A stretch of 22,563 nucleotides of DNA, taken from IMG/VR virus record IMGVR_UViG_2563366825_000028. One strand, given 5' to 3'. This document shows positions 15,528 to 22,563 of the stretch, piece after piece (positions within the stretch are counted from its first letter, which is position 1; every line of letters begins with the position of its first letter). Position numbers and translations under genes: made by a program. This DNA comes from a virus. Taxonomy: Duplodnaviria; Heunggongvirae; Uroviricota; Caudoviricetes. The notes under the pieces are model-generated. The model saw only the letters and a list, made by a program, of their open reading frames with translations. It did no database searches and was not told the origin of the DNA.

Positions 15528-15682
15528 AGCATCCTCACGATAATATCCGGGTAGGCGCGATCACTTTCGTCTACTCCGTTACAAAGCGAGGCTGGGTATT
15601 TCCCGGCCTTTCTGTTATCCGAAATCCGCTGAAAGCACAGCGGCTGGCTGAGGAGATAAATAATAAACGGGAGAGTGTATGA
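15524..15682 (+). CDS. Small hypothetical protein (52 aa), translationally coupled on both sides
   Basis: ATG 15524 overlaps the exo stop (ATGA) and its stop overlaps the next start (ATGA at 15679-15682). [52 protein letters not shown]. Not in the ORF track (<60 aa). Confidence 0.45.
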   Translation: MKHPHDNIRVGAITFVYSVTKRGWVFPGLSVIRNPLKAQRLAEEINNKRESV

Positions 15683-16431
15683 TTCATTTTCACGGTGGTC
15701 CAATAACTCCCGATACCTGTGCGTTGAAAGCCTGGAAAGGCAGACACGCATTCATCAGTTTTGCTAATCCAGCTCAGATTGATCTGGCTTCCGAAGTCAC
15801 CCAATCATTTGCTCTTGATAATGGTGCATTCACATTCTGGACAAAAAACAAGGCCATAGACTGGAATGAATATTACAGATTTGTTGAACGCTGGGGTAAT
15901 CACCCTCGTTTCTCATTCGCGGTTATCCCGGATGTTATCGGCGGAACCAGTGAAGAGAATGACGCCCTGATTGCGGCATGGCCTCACGGTAAATTTATTG
16001 GTGCTCCGGTGTGGCACATGAACGAACCAGATGAGCGATTTATTCGTCTGTGCCATGAGTTTCCCCGCGTCTGCATCGGCTCGATGGGGGAATACGATGC
16101 AAAACGACCGAGAGCGTGTCGGGCTAAACTACGCGATCTTATACGTCATGTTGTAGATCAGTACGGCTACCCAATCACCAAGATTCATGGGTTACGGATG
16201 TTAAATAAAGACATTTTTACTCATGTACCGCTTTCGTCTGCAGACAGCACGAACGTCGCAAGAAATATAGGCATCGACAAATCCTGGGTAGGTTCGCCAT
16301 ATGCTCCCGCAAGTAAAGAAACCCGTACGCAAGTTCTTGTGGAACGCATTGAATCATTCAACAGTGCCAGTTCACTTAATTACAACGCTGAACGGGACGT
16401 CTTTACCCCTCAACTGGCATTCGAAGTGTGA
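15679..16431 (+). CDS. Hypothetical protein (250 aa); weak resemblance to TGT/DpdA-like transglycosylases, unverified
   Basis: Clean ORF in the exo-xis operon. LDNGAFTF and IGSMGEYD segments loosely recall the TGT motifs around the catalytic Asp residues (DSGGFQ, MGVG.PED). This is a memory-based guess; I make no functional claim. Confidence 0.8.
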   Translation: MIHFHGGPITPDTCALKAWKGRHAFISFANPAQIDLASEVTQSFALDNGAFTFWTKNKAIDWNEYYRFVERWGNHPRFSFAVIPDVIGGTSEENDALIAAWPHGKFIGAPVWHMNEPDERFIRLCHEFPRVCIGSMGEYDAKRPRACRAKLRDLIRHVVDQYGYPITKIHGLRMLNKDIFTHVPLSSADSTNVARNIGIDKSWVGSPYAPASKETRTQVLVERIESFNSASSLNYNAERDVFTPQLAFEV

Positions 16432-16438
16432 GGCCAAT

Positions 16439-16654
16439 ATGACAATAGAACATAATAACGCCCTTCGCAGCATTGCCCGTCAGGCTAATTCTGAAATCAA
16501 AAAAGCCAGACAGCAGTTTCCGGATAAAAACGTCGATGACATTTGCCGTAGCGTACTGAAGAAGCACCGCGAAACGGTAACGCTGATGGGATTCACACCG
16601 ACTCACTTAAGTCTGGCAATCGGTATGTTAAACGGCGTCTTTAAGGAACGGTGA
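16439..16654 (+). CDS. Hypothetical protein (71 aa)
   Basis: ATG 16439 with GAGG 6 nt upstream; MTIEHNNALRSIARQANSEIKKARQQFPDKNVDDICRSVLKKHRETVTLMGF... The track ORF extends upstream in frame from 16301. Confidence 0.6.
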   Translation: MTIEHNNALRSIARQANSEIKKARQQFPDKNVDDICRSVLKKHRETVTLMGFTPTHLSLAIGMLNGVFKER

Positions 16655-16676
16655 ACATGAAAAGCAAAATCATCAG

Positions 16677-16697
16677 GGAGCTACAGGCTCCTTTTTT
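16677..16697 (+). terminator. Rho-independent terminator inside the exo-xis operon
   Basis: GGAGC (16677-16681), loop TACAG, GCTCC (16687-16691), then TTTTTT (16692-16697). Confidence 0.6.
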
Positions 16698-16752
16698 ATT
16701 ATTCGCATTCACCCTCAAGCGTATTAACCAACAATTCAGGGATTAATGGAAG

Positions 16753-16974
16753 ATGGCAGACCTCATTGATTCAGCATCAGAAATTGAAGAATTACAGCGC
16801 AACACAGCAATAAAAATGCGCCGCCTGAACCACCAGGCTATATCTGCCACTCATTGTTGTGAGTGTGGCGATCCCATAGATGAGCGAAGACGCCTGGCCG
16901 TTCAGGGTTGTCGGACTTGTGCAAGTTGCCAGGAGGATCTGGAGCTTATCAGTAAACAGAGAGGTTCGAAGTGA
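16753..16974 (+). CDS. TraR/DksA-family C4 zinc-finger protein
   Basis: 73 aa with a CxxC-(17)-CxxC arrangement (HCCECGDPIDERRRLAVQGCRTCASC), typical of phage TraR/DksA-like proteins. Confidence 0.75.
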   Translation: MADLIDSASEIEELQRNTAIKMRRLNHQAISATHCCECGDPIDERRRLAVQGCRTCASCQEDLELISKQRGSK

Positions 16975-17786
16975 GCGAAATTAACTATCAGGAACTGCGT
17001 GAAAAGGCAGAGAAAGCAACTAAAGGAAGCTACATCGTAGGGCATACATCTGTTAACCAACACGGCAATTTAACAGGAGTTTTTGTTTGTCAAAAATGGA
17101 AAGGAGAACCCGGTGGCGTAATTGCAGAATGTCACGTTAACTGCCTGGTTGAAACAGATGCTCAGGCTTATGCAAACGCTGAATTCATAGCAGAGGCTAA
17201 CCCGGCTACCGTGCTGGCACTGCTGGATGAACGGGAAAGAAACCTGCAATACATCAAAAGCCGCGATCAGGAGAACGAGGATATTGCGCTAACGGTAGGG
17301 AAGCTGAGAGTTGAGCTTGAGGAAGTAAAACAACACGCTGAAGAATTATCCGAAACCAAGGCTGTTCGTAACCAATGGCGGCCAGATATTTGCCCAATAA
17401 CCGGACGTGCATTTTTCATGTGGATTGAGCATCCAACATTGGGAAATGTGCCGACATATGGTGGCCCATTAGATAGTTACACCATTCCAACAAAGGACGG
17501 TGACGGTGAGTTTTCATGTGAGCGTTACGATCATGATTTTGGCGGTTGGGTAGAAAGCGAATGTCTTGGGTTATATCTGATTGATGATAGAGAACAATGC
17601 AGGGTCTACGAACTGGAGGAACGCGTTAAGGAACTGGATGCTCGGGAAATATCGCTCCCGGAACGTAGCAGCATGCTTCATCGAACAGATTTTCACGATG
17701 ATTACCAAACGGTAATGGCATACAAAGTTTCTGAAGTCATCGCTGCAATCCGCGCCGCAGGCATTCGCATCAAAGGAGGTGAGTAA
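16971..17786 (+). CDS. Ea22/Ead-like protein (exo-xis region family)
   Basis: 271 aa; N-terminus MSEINYQELREKAEKATKGSYIVGHT recalls the Ead/Ea22 N-terminal motif (..LRE.AEKAT.G.W..). Start overlaps the upstream stop. Confidence 0.65.
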   Translation: MSEINYQELREKAEKATKGSYIVGHTSVNQHGNLTGVFVCQKWKGEPGGVIAECHVNCLVETDAQAYANAEFIAEANPATVLALLDERERNLQYIKSRDQENEDIALTVGKLRVELEEVKQHAEELSETKAVRNQWRPDICPITGRAFFMWIEHPTLGNVPTYGGPLDSYTIPTKDGDGEFSCERYDHDFGGWVESECLGLYLIDDREQCRVYELEERVKELDAREISLPERSSMLHRTDFHDDYQTVMAYKVSEVIAAIRAAGIRIKGGE

Positions 17787-17962
17787 TGCGTGTGGCATGT
17801 ATCGGCTTGTTACCGTACCCGACTCGTTTTTGGGCTTCTGCGCTAATTGCAAAGCCACATGTCCTGATGGCTGACAACATCATCCCGGCACCAAAGCGCC
17901 GCCATACCGGTATTGCAGCGGCACGACGAGCAGCAAAGAAACGCAGGAGAACAAAACGATGA
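17786..17962 (+). CDS. Small basic hypothetical protein (58 aa)
   Basis: ATG overlaps the upstream stop (TAATG) and its stop overlaps the next ATG (ATGA). C-terminus RRAAKKRRRTKR. No RBS to speak of; coding status uncertain. Not in the ORF track. Confidence 0.35.
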   Translation: MRVACIGLLPYPTRFWASALIAKPHVLMADNIIPAPKRRHTGIAAARRAAKKRRRTKR

Positions 17963-18135
17963 AAAACCGTAAGGCAAAAATTCTGTTAGCTCGCAGAAAC
18001 GGTGTTGGGGTCTGGCGATGGTTGAGGATTAGTAACAGACGAGTGAGGTTGACGGGGTGTTGCGGGGTGATGGGCACAGTTGTTGCAAAAAGCCTAGCGC
18101 GTCACAGAACAGGCGGAAGAAAGGGTACGCAGTAA
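17959..18135 (+). CDS. Small basic protein (58 aa), paralog 1 of a tandem pair
   Basis: AGGAGA RBS 8 nt upstream. MKNRKAKILLARRNGVGVWRWLRISNRRVRL... shares MKNRKAK-L--R...W-LR-SNRRV-L with the next ORF. Not in the ORF track (<60 aa). Confidence 0.45.
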   Translation: MKNRKAKILLARRNGVGVWRWLRISNRRVRLTGCCGVMGTVVAKSLARHRTGGRKGTQ

Positions 18136-18136
18136 G

Positions 18137-18328
18137 ATGAAAAACCGTAAAGCAAAGATGCTTATCTCCCGTGTATACAGACGTTGCTATCCCAGCCAGT
18201 GGTTGAGAGTTAGCAATCGCCGTGTGGTGTTGTACTTATATTCTGGAATTGCCAGAGAGGGAATCAAAGATAAGCGCAGCGCGGCGCAAAACCGCTGGAA
18301 AAACCACTTACGCACTAAAGGAGCCTGA
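18137..18328 (+). CDS. Small basic protein (63 aa), paralog 2 of a tandem pair
   Basis: MKNRKAKMLISRVYRRCYPSQWLRVSNRRVVLYLYSGIAREGIKDKRSAAQNRWKNHLRTKGA; diverged tandem duplicate of 17959..18135. Confidence 0.5.
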   Translation: MKNRKAKMLISRVYRRCYPSQWLRVSNRRVVLYLYSGIAREGIKDKRSAAQNRWKNHLRTKGA

Positions 18329-18329
18329 T

Positions 18330-18539
18330 ATGGCTATTTCCGCAAGTTACACCATGCATCTCTACTGTGATTGTTGCCAGTGTACAAATGGTAAATATCA
18401 AACGCCAGACTTCGGTGAGTATATCGGTACGTCATGGGCTGGCTGTGCAAAAGAGGCGCGCAAGGATGGCTGGCGAATAAGCAAAGACAAAACACGTGCT
18501 TTTGCGCCCGGGCATAAAGTTTTGAGGATTAATAAATGA
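18330..18539 (+). CDS. Small Cys-rich hypothetical protein (69 aa)
   Basis: AAAGGAG RBS 6 nt upstream of ATG 18330. MAISASYTMHLYCDCCQCTNGKYQTPDFGEYIGTSWAGCAKEARKDGW...; the Cys cluster may bind metal. Confidence 0.55.
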   Translation: MAISASYTMHLYCDCCQCTNGKYQTPDFGEYIGTSWAGCAKEARKDGWRISKDKTRAFAPGHKVLRINK

Positions 18540-18985
18540 CCACTATTACCAGAGAAAACGCGGAAATTAAATCATTCATCACTGGTTTCCTGAGCGACCC
18601 GGCGCACGATAACCAATCTTCAAGCAGCCTGCTTGCCAATGTGTTTCGTATCGCACTGGCATCGTTGGAAGCAGAGCCAGTCGCGTGGCGATATCGCTAC
18701 GTGAAAAAAGGTGTTACGGACTCTCAGGGGGATTCGTGGGTTGGTGACTGGAAATATGTACCGACAAAAGAGGATTGCAACGACAGACCGAACTATGAAA
18801 TTCAGGCGTTATTCACTGCCCCGCCTGTGCCACTGACATCAGAAGGATTGATTAAAGCAGTGCGTTTCTATGAACAGGTTAAGCGTGAAAATCCGCCAGT
18901 CGAAACCGGAGCATGGAAAGACGCTGTTGACTGGGTACTCAAAGAGGCTTGCCAGGCTGTAAACATTGGCATCAAAGGAGAGTGA
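18536..18985 (+). CDS. Hypothetical protein (149 aa) sharing an N-terminal module with the 19402 gene
   Basis: ATGA-coupled start. N-terminus MTTITRE...RIALASLEAEPVAWRY parallels MITITKG...RIALASLEADPVKRV of 19402..20505. Confidence 0.7.
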   Translation: MTTITRENAEIKSFITGFLSDPAHDNQSSSSLLANVFRIALASLEAEPVAWRYRYVKKGVTDSQGDSWVGDWKYVPTKEDCNDRPNYEIQALFTAPPVPLTSEGLIKAVRFYEQVKRENPPVETGAWKDAVDWVLKEACQAVNIGIKGE

Positions 18986-19061
18986 TATGGCTAACTCATT
19001 ACTTGAAACCTGCAACAACTAGCAGATTCAGAGGGCGGAGATTTTATCTCGCAATCCAGAT

Positions 19062-19208
19062 ATGGCAATGACAATTGATAACCTGGATACGCTAATTGAA
19101 CGGACCGTGCGTTCTGCAATTGATATAGCACATCGAGTAGATTGGGATTTCAGAGAAGCGGAGCGACTCGCTAAAGAGCAGGCGAAAGCAGCGGGTAAAG
19201 GAGAGTGA
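19062..19208 (+). CDS. Small hypothetical protein (48 aa)
   Basis: Plus-strand ORF within the operon, MAMTIDNLDTLIERTVRSAIDIAHRVDWDFREAERLAKEQAKAAGKGE, ending in the AAAGGAGAGTGATATG junction that precedes the next gene. Weak RBS; not in the ORF track. Confidence 0.4.
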   Translation: MAMTIDNLDTLIERTVRSAIDIAHRVDWDFREAERLAKEQAKAAGKGE

Positions 19209-19209
19209 T

Positions 19210-19398
19210 ATGTCACTGACGGTGAGGCAATTAATCAGCAAGCTCAGAAAAATGCCTCCTGAGGCTGTCGTGGTCTGGCAGGGCTATGAACAATCAGAGT
19301 GTGAGTATAACGACTTTGTAGGTCATGTTGCTGATATTACAGATGAAAATTCATCATCCTTTGACCCAGAAGTGCGCGTTGTGGCGCTAAGAGGATAA
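19210..19398 (+). CDS. Hypothetical protein (62 aa)
   Basis: AAAGGAGAG RBS directly upstream. MSLTVRQLISKLRKMPPEAVVVWQGYEQSECEYNDFVGHVADITDENSSSFDPEVRVVALRG. Confidence 0.6.
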   Translation: MSLTVRQLISKLRKMPPEAVVVWQGYEQSECEYNDFVGHVADITDENSSSFDPEVRVVALRG

Positions 19399-19401
19399 CC
19401 C

Positions 19402-20505
19402 ATGATCACTATTACCAAAGGGCGACTGCTGACAATCAAGCAGTGGCGCGAAACATACGGACCGGGTAGCAACGTTGTACTGCCAGCAGAAGAAGCGGAA
19501 GAACTGGCACGAATTGCACTGGCATCATTGGAAGCAGATCCAGTTAAACGAGTTAACTCAGATCAGATGCACCGAGTCTGCTTAGAAGCTAATCGCTATT
19601 TAGATAAATATGACGCGATGGCGAAAGAGGTAAATAAGTTGCTTGGACGCATCGCCCCGCCAGCGCCAGTATTTAACGGCGAATACGGTGACGCATATCA
19701 GGGCGCTCGTGAAGACCTGTCCATCTGGAAACGGCGAGCGCTTGAAGCTGATGAGCACGTTCGGCGACTGGAGCAAATCAATGACCACATGGTGAAAGAG
19801 GCGCAGGGAGAATCACGCATGGGCGAGCCTGTAATACGTGAGCCAGCACCGGTAGTGCCTGAAGAAGCAACTCCGGAAAACGTAGAAATGCTCTCTGGCT
19901 ATGTTTCAACGTACAAATTAACCGATAGCGAGCGCGATATTGCTGCCGAAATATGGAACGCCTGCCGCGCCGCCATGCTTCAGTCCGGAAACTTTCGGGA
20001 AAACAAGAATTCGTCAACCAATAATTTTCGGGAAATCGCGGAAACGTCAACCAACTATCCGGCAATTCCTAGTGAGGTGTTGTCCGCAATCCTGAAGGTT
20101 GCCAGGATTCGTGCCGATTTCGATGATTTTGACGGTGACAGGCGAGGTATCGGTGATTGTCTGGATGAGGCTGAGCAAGAGCTTATCGTTACCATTAACA
20201 AATATGCCAGTCAGTTGGCAGCAGAACCTATAGCGCCTAATGACGTTCGAGAGCAGACAGCCATTCCACAAGTTCCGGTAACTCCGGATGGTTGGATAAG
20301 CTGTAGTGAGCGAATGCCGAACGATAAACAGTATGTTTGGTGTTGGGGTAAGTCTTACGGCTGGACTGAGTGCGATACCTTCGAAGGGTATTACGATTGT
20401 TCGAGAAACAAATGGTGGGCAGTTACTGACAATGGGGAAGAACCGGCATCGAAAGTAACCCACTGGATGCCGCTACCGGAGCCGCCGCAGGAGGTGAATC
20501 AATGA
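19402..20505 (+). CDS. Exo-xis region protein with C-terminal DUF551-like domain (367 aa)
   Basis: C-terminus DGWISCSERMPNDKQYVWCWGKSYGWTECDTFEGYYDCSRNKWWAVTDNGEEPASKVTHWMPLPEPP fits the DUF551 pattern (Cys/Trp-rich, ending W.PLP.PP). The N-terminal module is shared with 18536..18985. Confidence 0.8.
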   Translation: MITITKGRLLTIKQWRETYGPGSNVVLPAEEAEELARIALASLEADPVKRVNSDQMHRVCLEANRYLDKYDAMAKEVNKLLGRIAPPAPVFNGEYGDAYQGAREDLSIWKRRALEADEHVRRLEQINDHMVKEAQGESRMGEPVIREPAPVVPEEATPENVEMLSGYVSTYKLTDSERDIAAEIWNACRAAMLQSGNFRENKNSSTNNFREIAETSTNYPAIPSEVLSAILKVARIRADFDDFDGDRRGIGDCLDEAEQELIVTINKYASQLAAEPIAPNDVREQTAIPQVPVTPDGWISCSERMPNDKQYVWCWGKSYGWTECDTFEGYYDCSRNKWWAVTDNGEEPASKVTHWMPLPEPPQEVNQ

Positions 20506-20585
20506 GCTGGCCTGATGCAATCGTAACTCTGGGGATGGTATTCGCAGCAGCGTTTGTTGTGTACTCGATTTGTCGATGGGGATAA
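20502..20585 (+). CDS. Small hydrophobic peptide (27 aa), single predicted TM helix
   Basis: ATGA overlap with the upstream stop. MSWPDAIVTLGMVFAAAFVVYSICRWG. Not in the ORF track. Confidence 0.4.
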   Translation: MSWPDAIVTLGMVFAAAFVVYSICRWG

Positions 20586-20589
20586 CCAC

Positions 20590-20832
20590 ATGTTCGCTTT
20601 GATTCAACGCGGGCAGATATACACGGACAGAGCCGGATACCCCGTGGTGATTACTCGCATCACTGAGCACTCAGTGTTCTTTCGACGGATGGACGGACGA
20701 TCCGGGCGGGTACGCATCACTGAGTTCAACAGCCTGTTCGAACATATTGACCACCAGGAGTACCGCAAAATTCTCGCGGACACTGAGCAGGAAAAGCACC
20801 TGAAAAAATTACGAGCCATAAAAAGGAAGTAA
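20590..20832 (+). CDS. Hypothetical protein (80 aa), possibly DUF4222-like
   Basis: MFALIQRGQIYTDRAGYPVVITRITEHSVFFRRMDGRSGRVRITEFNSLFEHIDHQEYRKI... The track ORF starts at an upstream in-frame codon (20554). Confidence 0.6.
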   Translation: MFALIQRGQIYTDRAGYPVVITRITEHSVFFRRMDGRSGRVRITEFNSLFEHIDHQEYRKILADTEQEKHLKKLRAIKRK

Positions 20833-20835
20833 AGA

Positions 20836-20970
20836 ATGAATAAAGCATTTGAACGATGGGTCCACCAGCGTTACGGCAATCGCTATGACCTGACGCGAGA
20901 TGTTGACGGCTTCTACTGTCGTGAAGTTGTGAAGCGAATGTTTGACGTGTGGTGCCACTGCCGTGGATGA
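20836..20970 (+). CDS. Small hypothetical protein (44 aa)
   Basis: AGGAAG RBS upstream of ATG 20836. MNKAFERWVHQRYGNRYDLTRDVDGFYCREVVKRMFDVWCHCRG. Not in the ORF track. Confidence 0.45.
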   Translation: MNKAFERWVHQRYGNRYDLTRDVDGFYCREVVKRMFDVWCHCRG

Positions 20971-20988
20971 AAGTTTTATGAGGTTGGC

Positions 20989-21243
20989 ATGCAGACAATC
21001 ATCTATCAGATAACCCCCAGCAAATGGTGTACGGAGAGAGTCCTTATTGCATCAACAGGGCTAAAGCCCGGCACCATCGAGCGGGCCAGAAGAAAGTCAT
21101 GGATGCAGGGAAAAGAATACCGCCATTACGCTGTAGAAGGTGATCCTGGGCATTACAGTGAATGCCTGTACAACATCGAAGAAATTATGCGATGGATCGA
21201 AAACCAGAAACAACCAGGTGCCAAAAATGCAAGTTCCGGTTAA
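20989..21243 (+). CDS. Excisionase-like DNA-binding protein (putative Xis/recombination directionality factor)
   Basis: 84 aa immediately upstream of int. HTH-like segment (ASTGLKPGTIERARRKSWMQGKEYRHY). Assignment rests on position and size; it is not lambda Xis-like in sequence. Confidence 0.55.
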   Translation: MQTIIYQITPSKWCTERVLIASTGLKPGTIERARRKSWMQGKEYRHYAVEGDPGHYSECLYNIEEIMRWIENQKQPGAKNASSG

Positions 21244-21276
21244 CCTGTTAATGCTCCTGGACGTCTGGGAGGTTTA

Positions 21277-22563
21277 ATGAGTAACGTATCATACCCGACA
21301 GGCGTTGAAAACCATGGAGGATCACTCCGTATATGGTTTCACTATAATGGCAAACGTGTCAGAGAAAACCTCGGTGTTCCTGACACCGCCAAAAACCGGA
21401 AGATCGCAGGTGAACTTCGCACTTCCGTTTGTTTTGCAATCAGAATGGGGAGTTTCGACTACGCTACACAGTTCCCTAATTCCCCTAACCTGAAACACTT
21501 TGGTCTGGGAAAAAGAGAGATAACCGTTAAGGCACTTTCGGAAAAATGGTTGGACCTTAAGAAAATTGAGATTTGTGCGAATGCACTTAATCGTTACCAG
21601 TCAGTAATTAAAAACATGTTGCCTATGTTGGGTGAGAAAAAACTGGTTTCATCCATAACAAAAGAGGATTTACTTTTCGCAAGGAGAGATTTGTTGACCG
21701 GTTACCAAAAGCTTTCTAATGGAAAGATTTCTTCCATAAAAGGGCGCTCAGTGGTCACAGTAAACTACTATATGACAACCATAGCTGGAATGTTTCAATT
21801 TGCAACAGATAATGGTTATACCTCAGGAAACCCATTTAACGGTCTGGCCCCCTTAAAAAAGTCCAAGGTAAAACCAGATCCTCTCACCCGTGACGAATTT
21901 ATTCGTTTTATTGAGGCTTGCCGTCATCAACAAACAAAAAACCTGTGGATTCTCGCTGTATACACGGGTATTCGTCACGGGGAGCTGGTATCGCTGGCAT
22001 GGGAAGATATAGATCTTAAAGCAAGGACTATAACCATCCGTAGGAATTATACAAAACTTGGCGAATTCACTCCACCAAAAACCGATGCTGGCACCGGAAG
22101 GACAATTCATCTGGTTCAACCAGCTATTGATGCTCTTAAAAGTCAGGCGGAAATGACCATGCTTGGAAAGCAACATTCTGTAGAGGTAAAGCAGAGGGAA
22201 TATGGGAGAAGTACTGTGCATAAATGCACTTTTGTTTTTAGTCCTCAGGTAATAAAACAGCGGCAGTTTTCCGGACCGCACTATAAGGTTGACTCCATCA
22301 GGGAGTCATGGACAAGTATCTTAAAACGCGCAGGTCTGAGACACAGAAAATCGTACCAATCCAGGCATACTTATGCATGCTGGTCACTTGCCGCTGGAGC
22401 TAATCCTAGTTTTATCGCAAGCCAGATGGGCCACACAAACGCACAAATGGTATTCAATGTTTACGGAGCATGGATGAAAGACAACAATCACGAACAGATA
22501 GAACTCCTTAACAAAAGACTATCTGAAAGTGTCCCATGTATGCCCCATAAGAAAGCTGGGTAA
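21277..22563 (+). CDS. int: Tyrosine site-specific integrase (IntR/IntE-like, N-terminal arm-binding domain)
   Basis: 428 aa. N-terminal arm-type domain (PTGVENHGGSLRIWFHYNGKRVRENLG) and catalytic C-terminus (..RHGELVSLAWEDID..., YQSRHTYACWSLAAGANPSFIASQMGHTNAQMVFNVYGAW with H-x-x-R and the terminal Tyr). Stop codon is the last triplet of the window, so attachment sites lie outside. Confidence 0.95.
   Translation: MSNVSYPTGVENHGGSLRIWFHYNGKRVRENLGVPDTAKNRKIAGELRTSVCFAIRMGSFDYATQFPNSPNLKHFGLGKREITVKALSEKWLDLKKIEICANALNRYQSVIKNMLPMLGEKKLVSSITKEDLLFARRDLLTGYQKLSNGKISSIKGRSVVTVNYYMTTIAGMFQFATDNGYTSGNPFNGLAPLKKSKVKPDPLTRDEFIRFIEACRHQQTKNLWILAVYTGIRHGELVSLAWEDIDLKARTITIRRNYTKLGEFTPPKTDAGTGRTIHLVQPAIDALKSQAEMTMLGKQHSVEVKQREYGRSTVHKCTFVFSPQVIKQRQFSGPHYKVDSIRESWTSILKRAGLRHRKSYQSRHTYACWSLAAGANPSFIASQMGHTNAQMVFNVYGAWMKDNNHEQIELLNKRLSESVPCMPHKKAG

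Noticed and set aside
19778-20463. Minus-strand ORFs of 95 and 138 aa
   Set aside because: Antisense to the DUF551-containing gene 19402..20505; no RBS or motifs.
1-22563. tRNA genes and CRISPR arrays
   Set aside because: No cloverleaf-compatible segments with T-loop-like GTTCRANNC motifs outside coding regions, and no regularly spaced direct repeats with unique spacers.

Overview
This window is a mosaic lambdoid enterobacterial prophage, read from its head-packaging module (left, minus strand) to its integrase (right, plus strand); it looks defective. Left: a partial HK97-type portal gene (1-714), a fused prohead-protease/scaffold/major-capsid gene, terminase large and small subunits, a GTTAAC-rich palindromic repeat cluster (candidate cos/terminase-binding region), an HNH endonuclease, and accessory genes (RHH protein, TonB-C-domain lipoprotein, KilA-N protein). 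Centre: an IS629-like IS3-family element (8044-9354) sits in a cII-like gene with no target-site duplication, and the replication (O/P), Q and lysis genes expected between cII and the packaging genes are absent. Right: a complete immunity switch (cro <- OR -> cI), then an AT-rich two-gene cassette co-transcribed with cI and closed by an intrinsic terminator. That cassette occupies the lambda rexAB position, has no function I can assign, and is my lead candidate for an undescribed exclusion/abortive-infection system. Further right are OL/pL, nutL, a P22/21-type N, an AT-rich moron, near-lambda cIII-kil-gam-bet-exo, a run of small exo-xis-region genes, an excisionase-like gene and a tyrosine integrase ending at the window edge. 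I found no rRNA, tRNA or CRISPR array. All homology statements are from reading translations and from memory of protein families; nothing was searched against a database.
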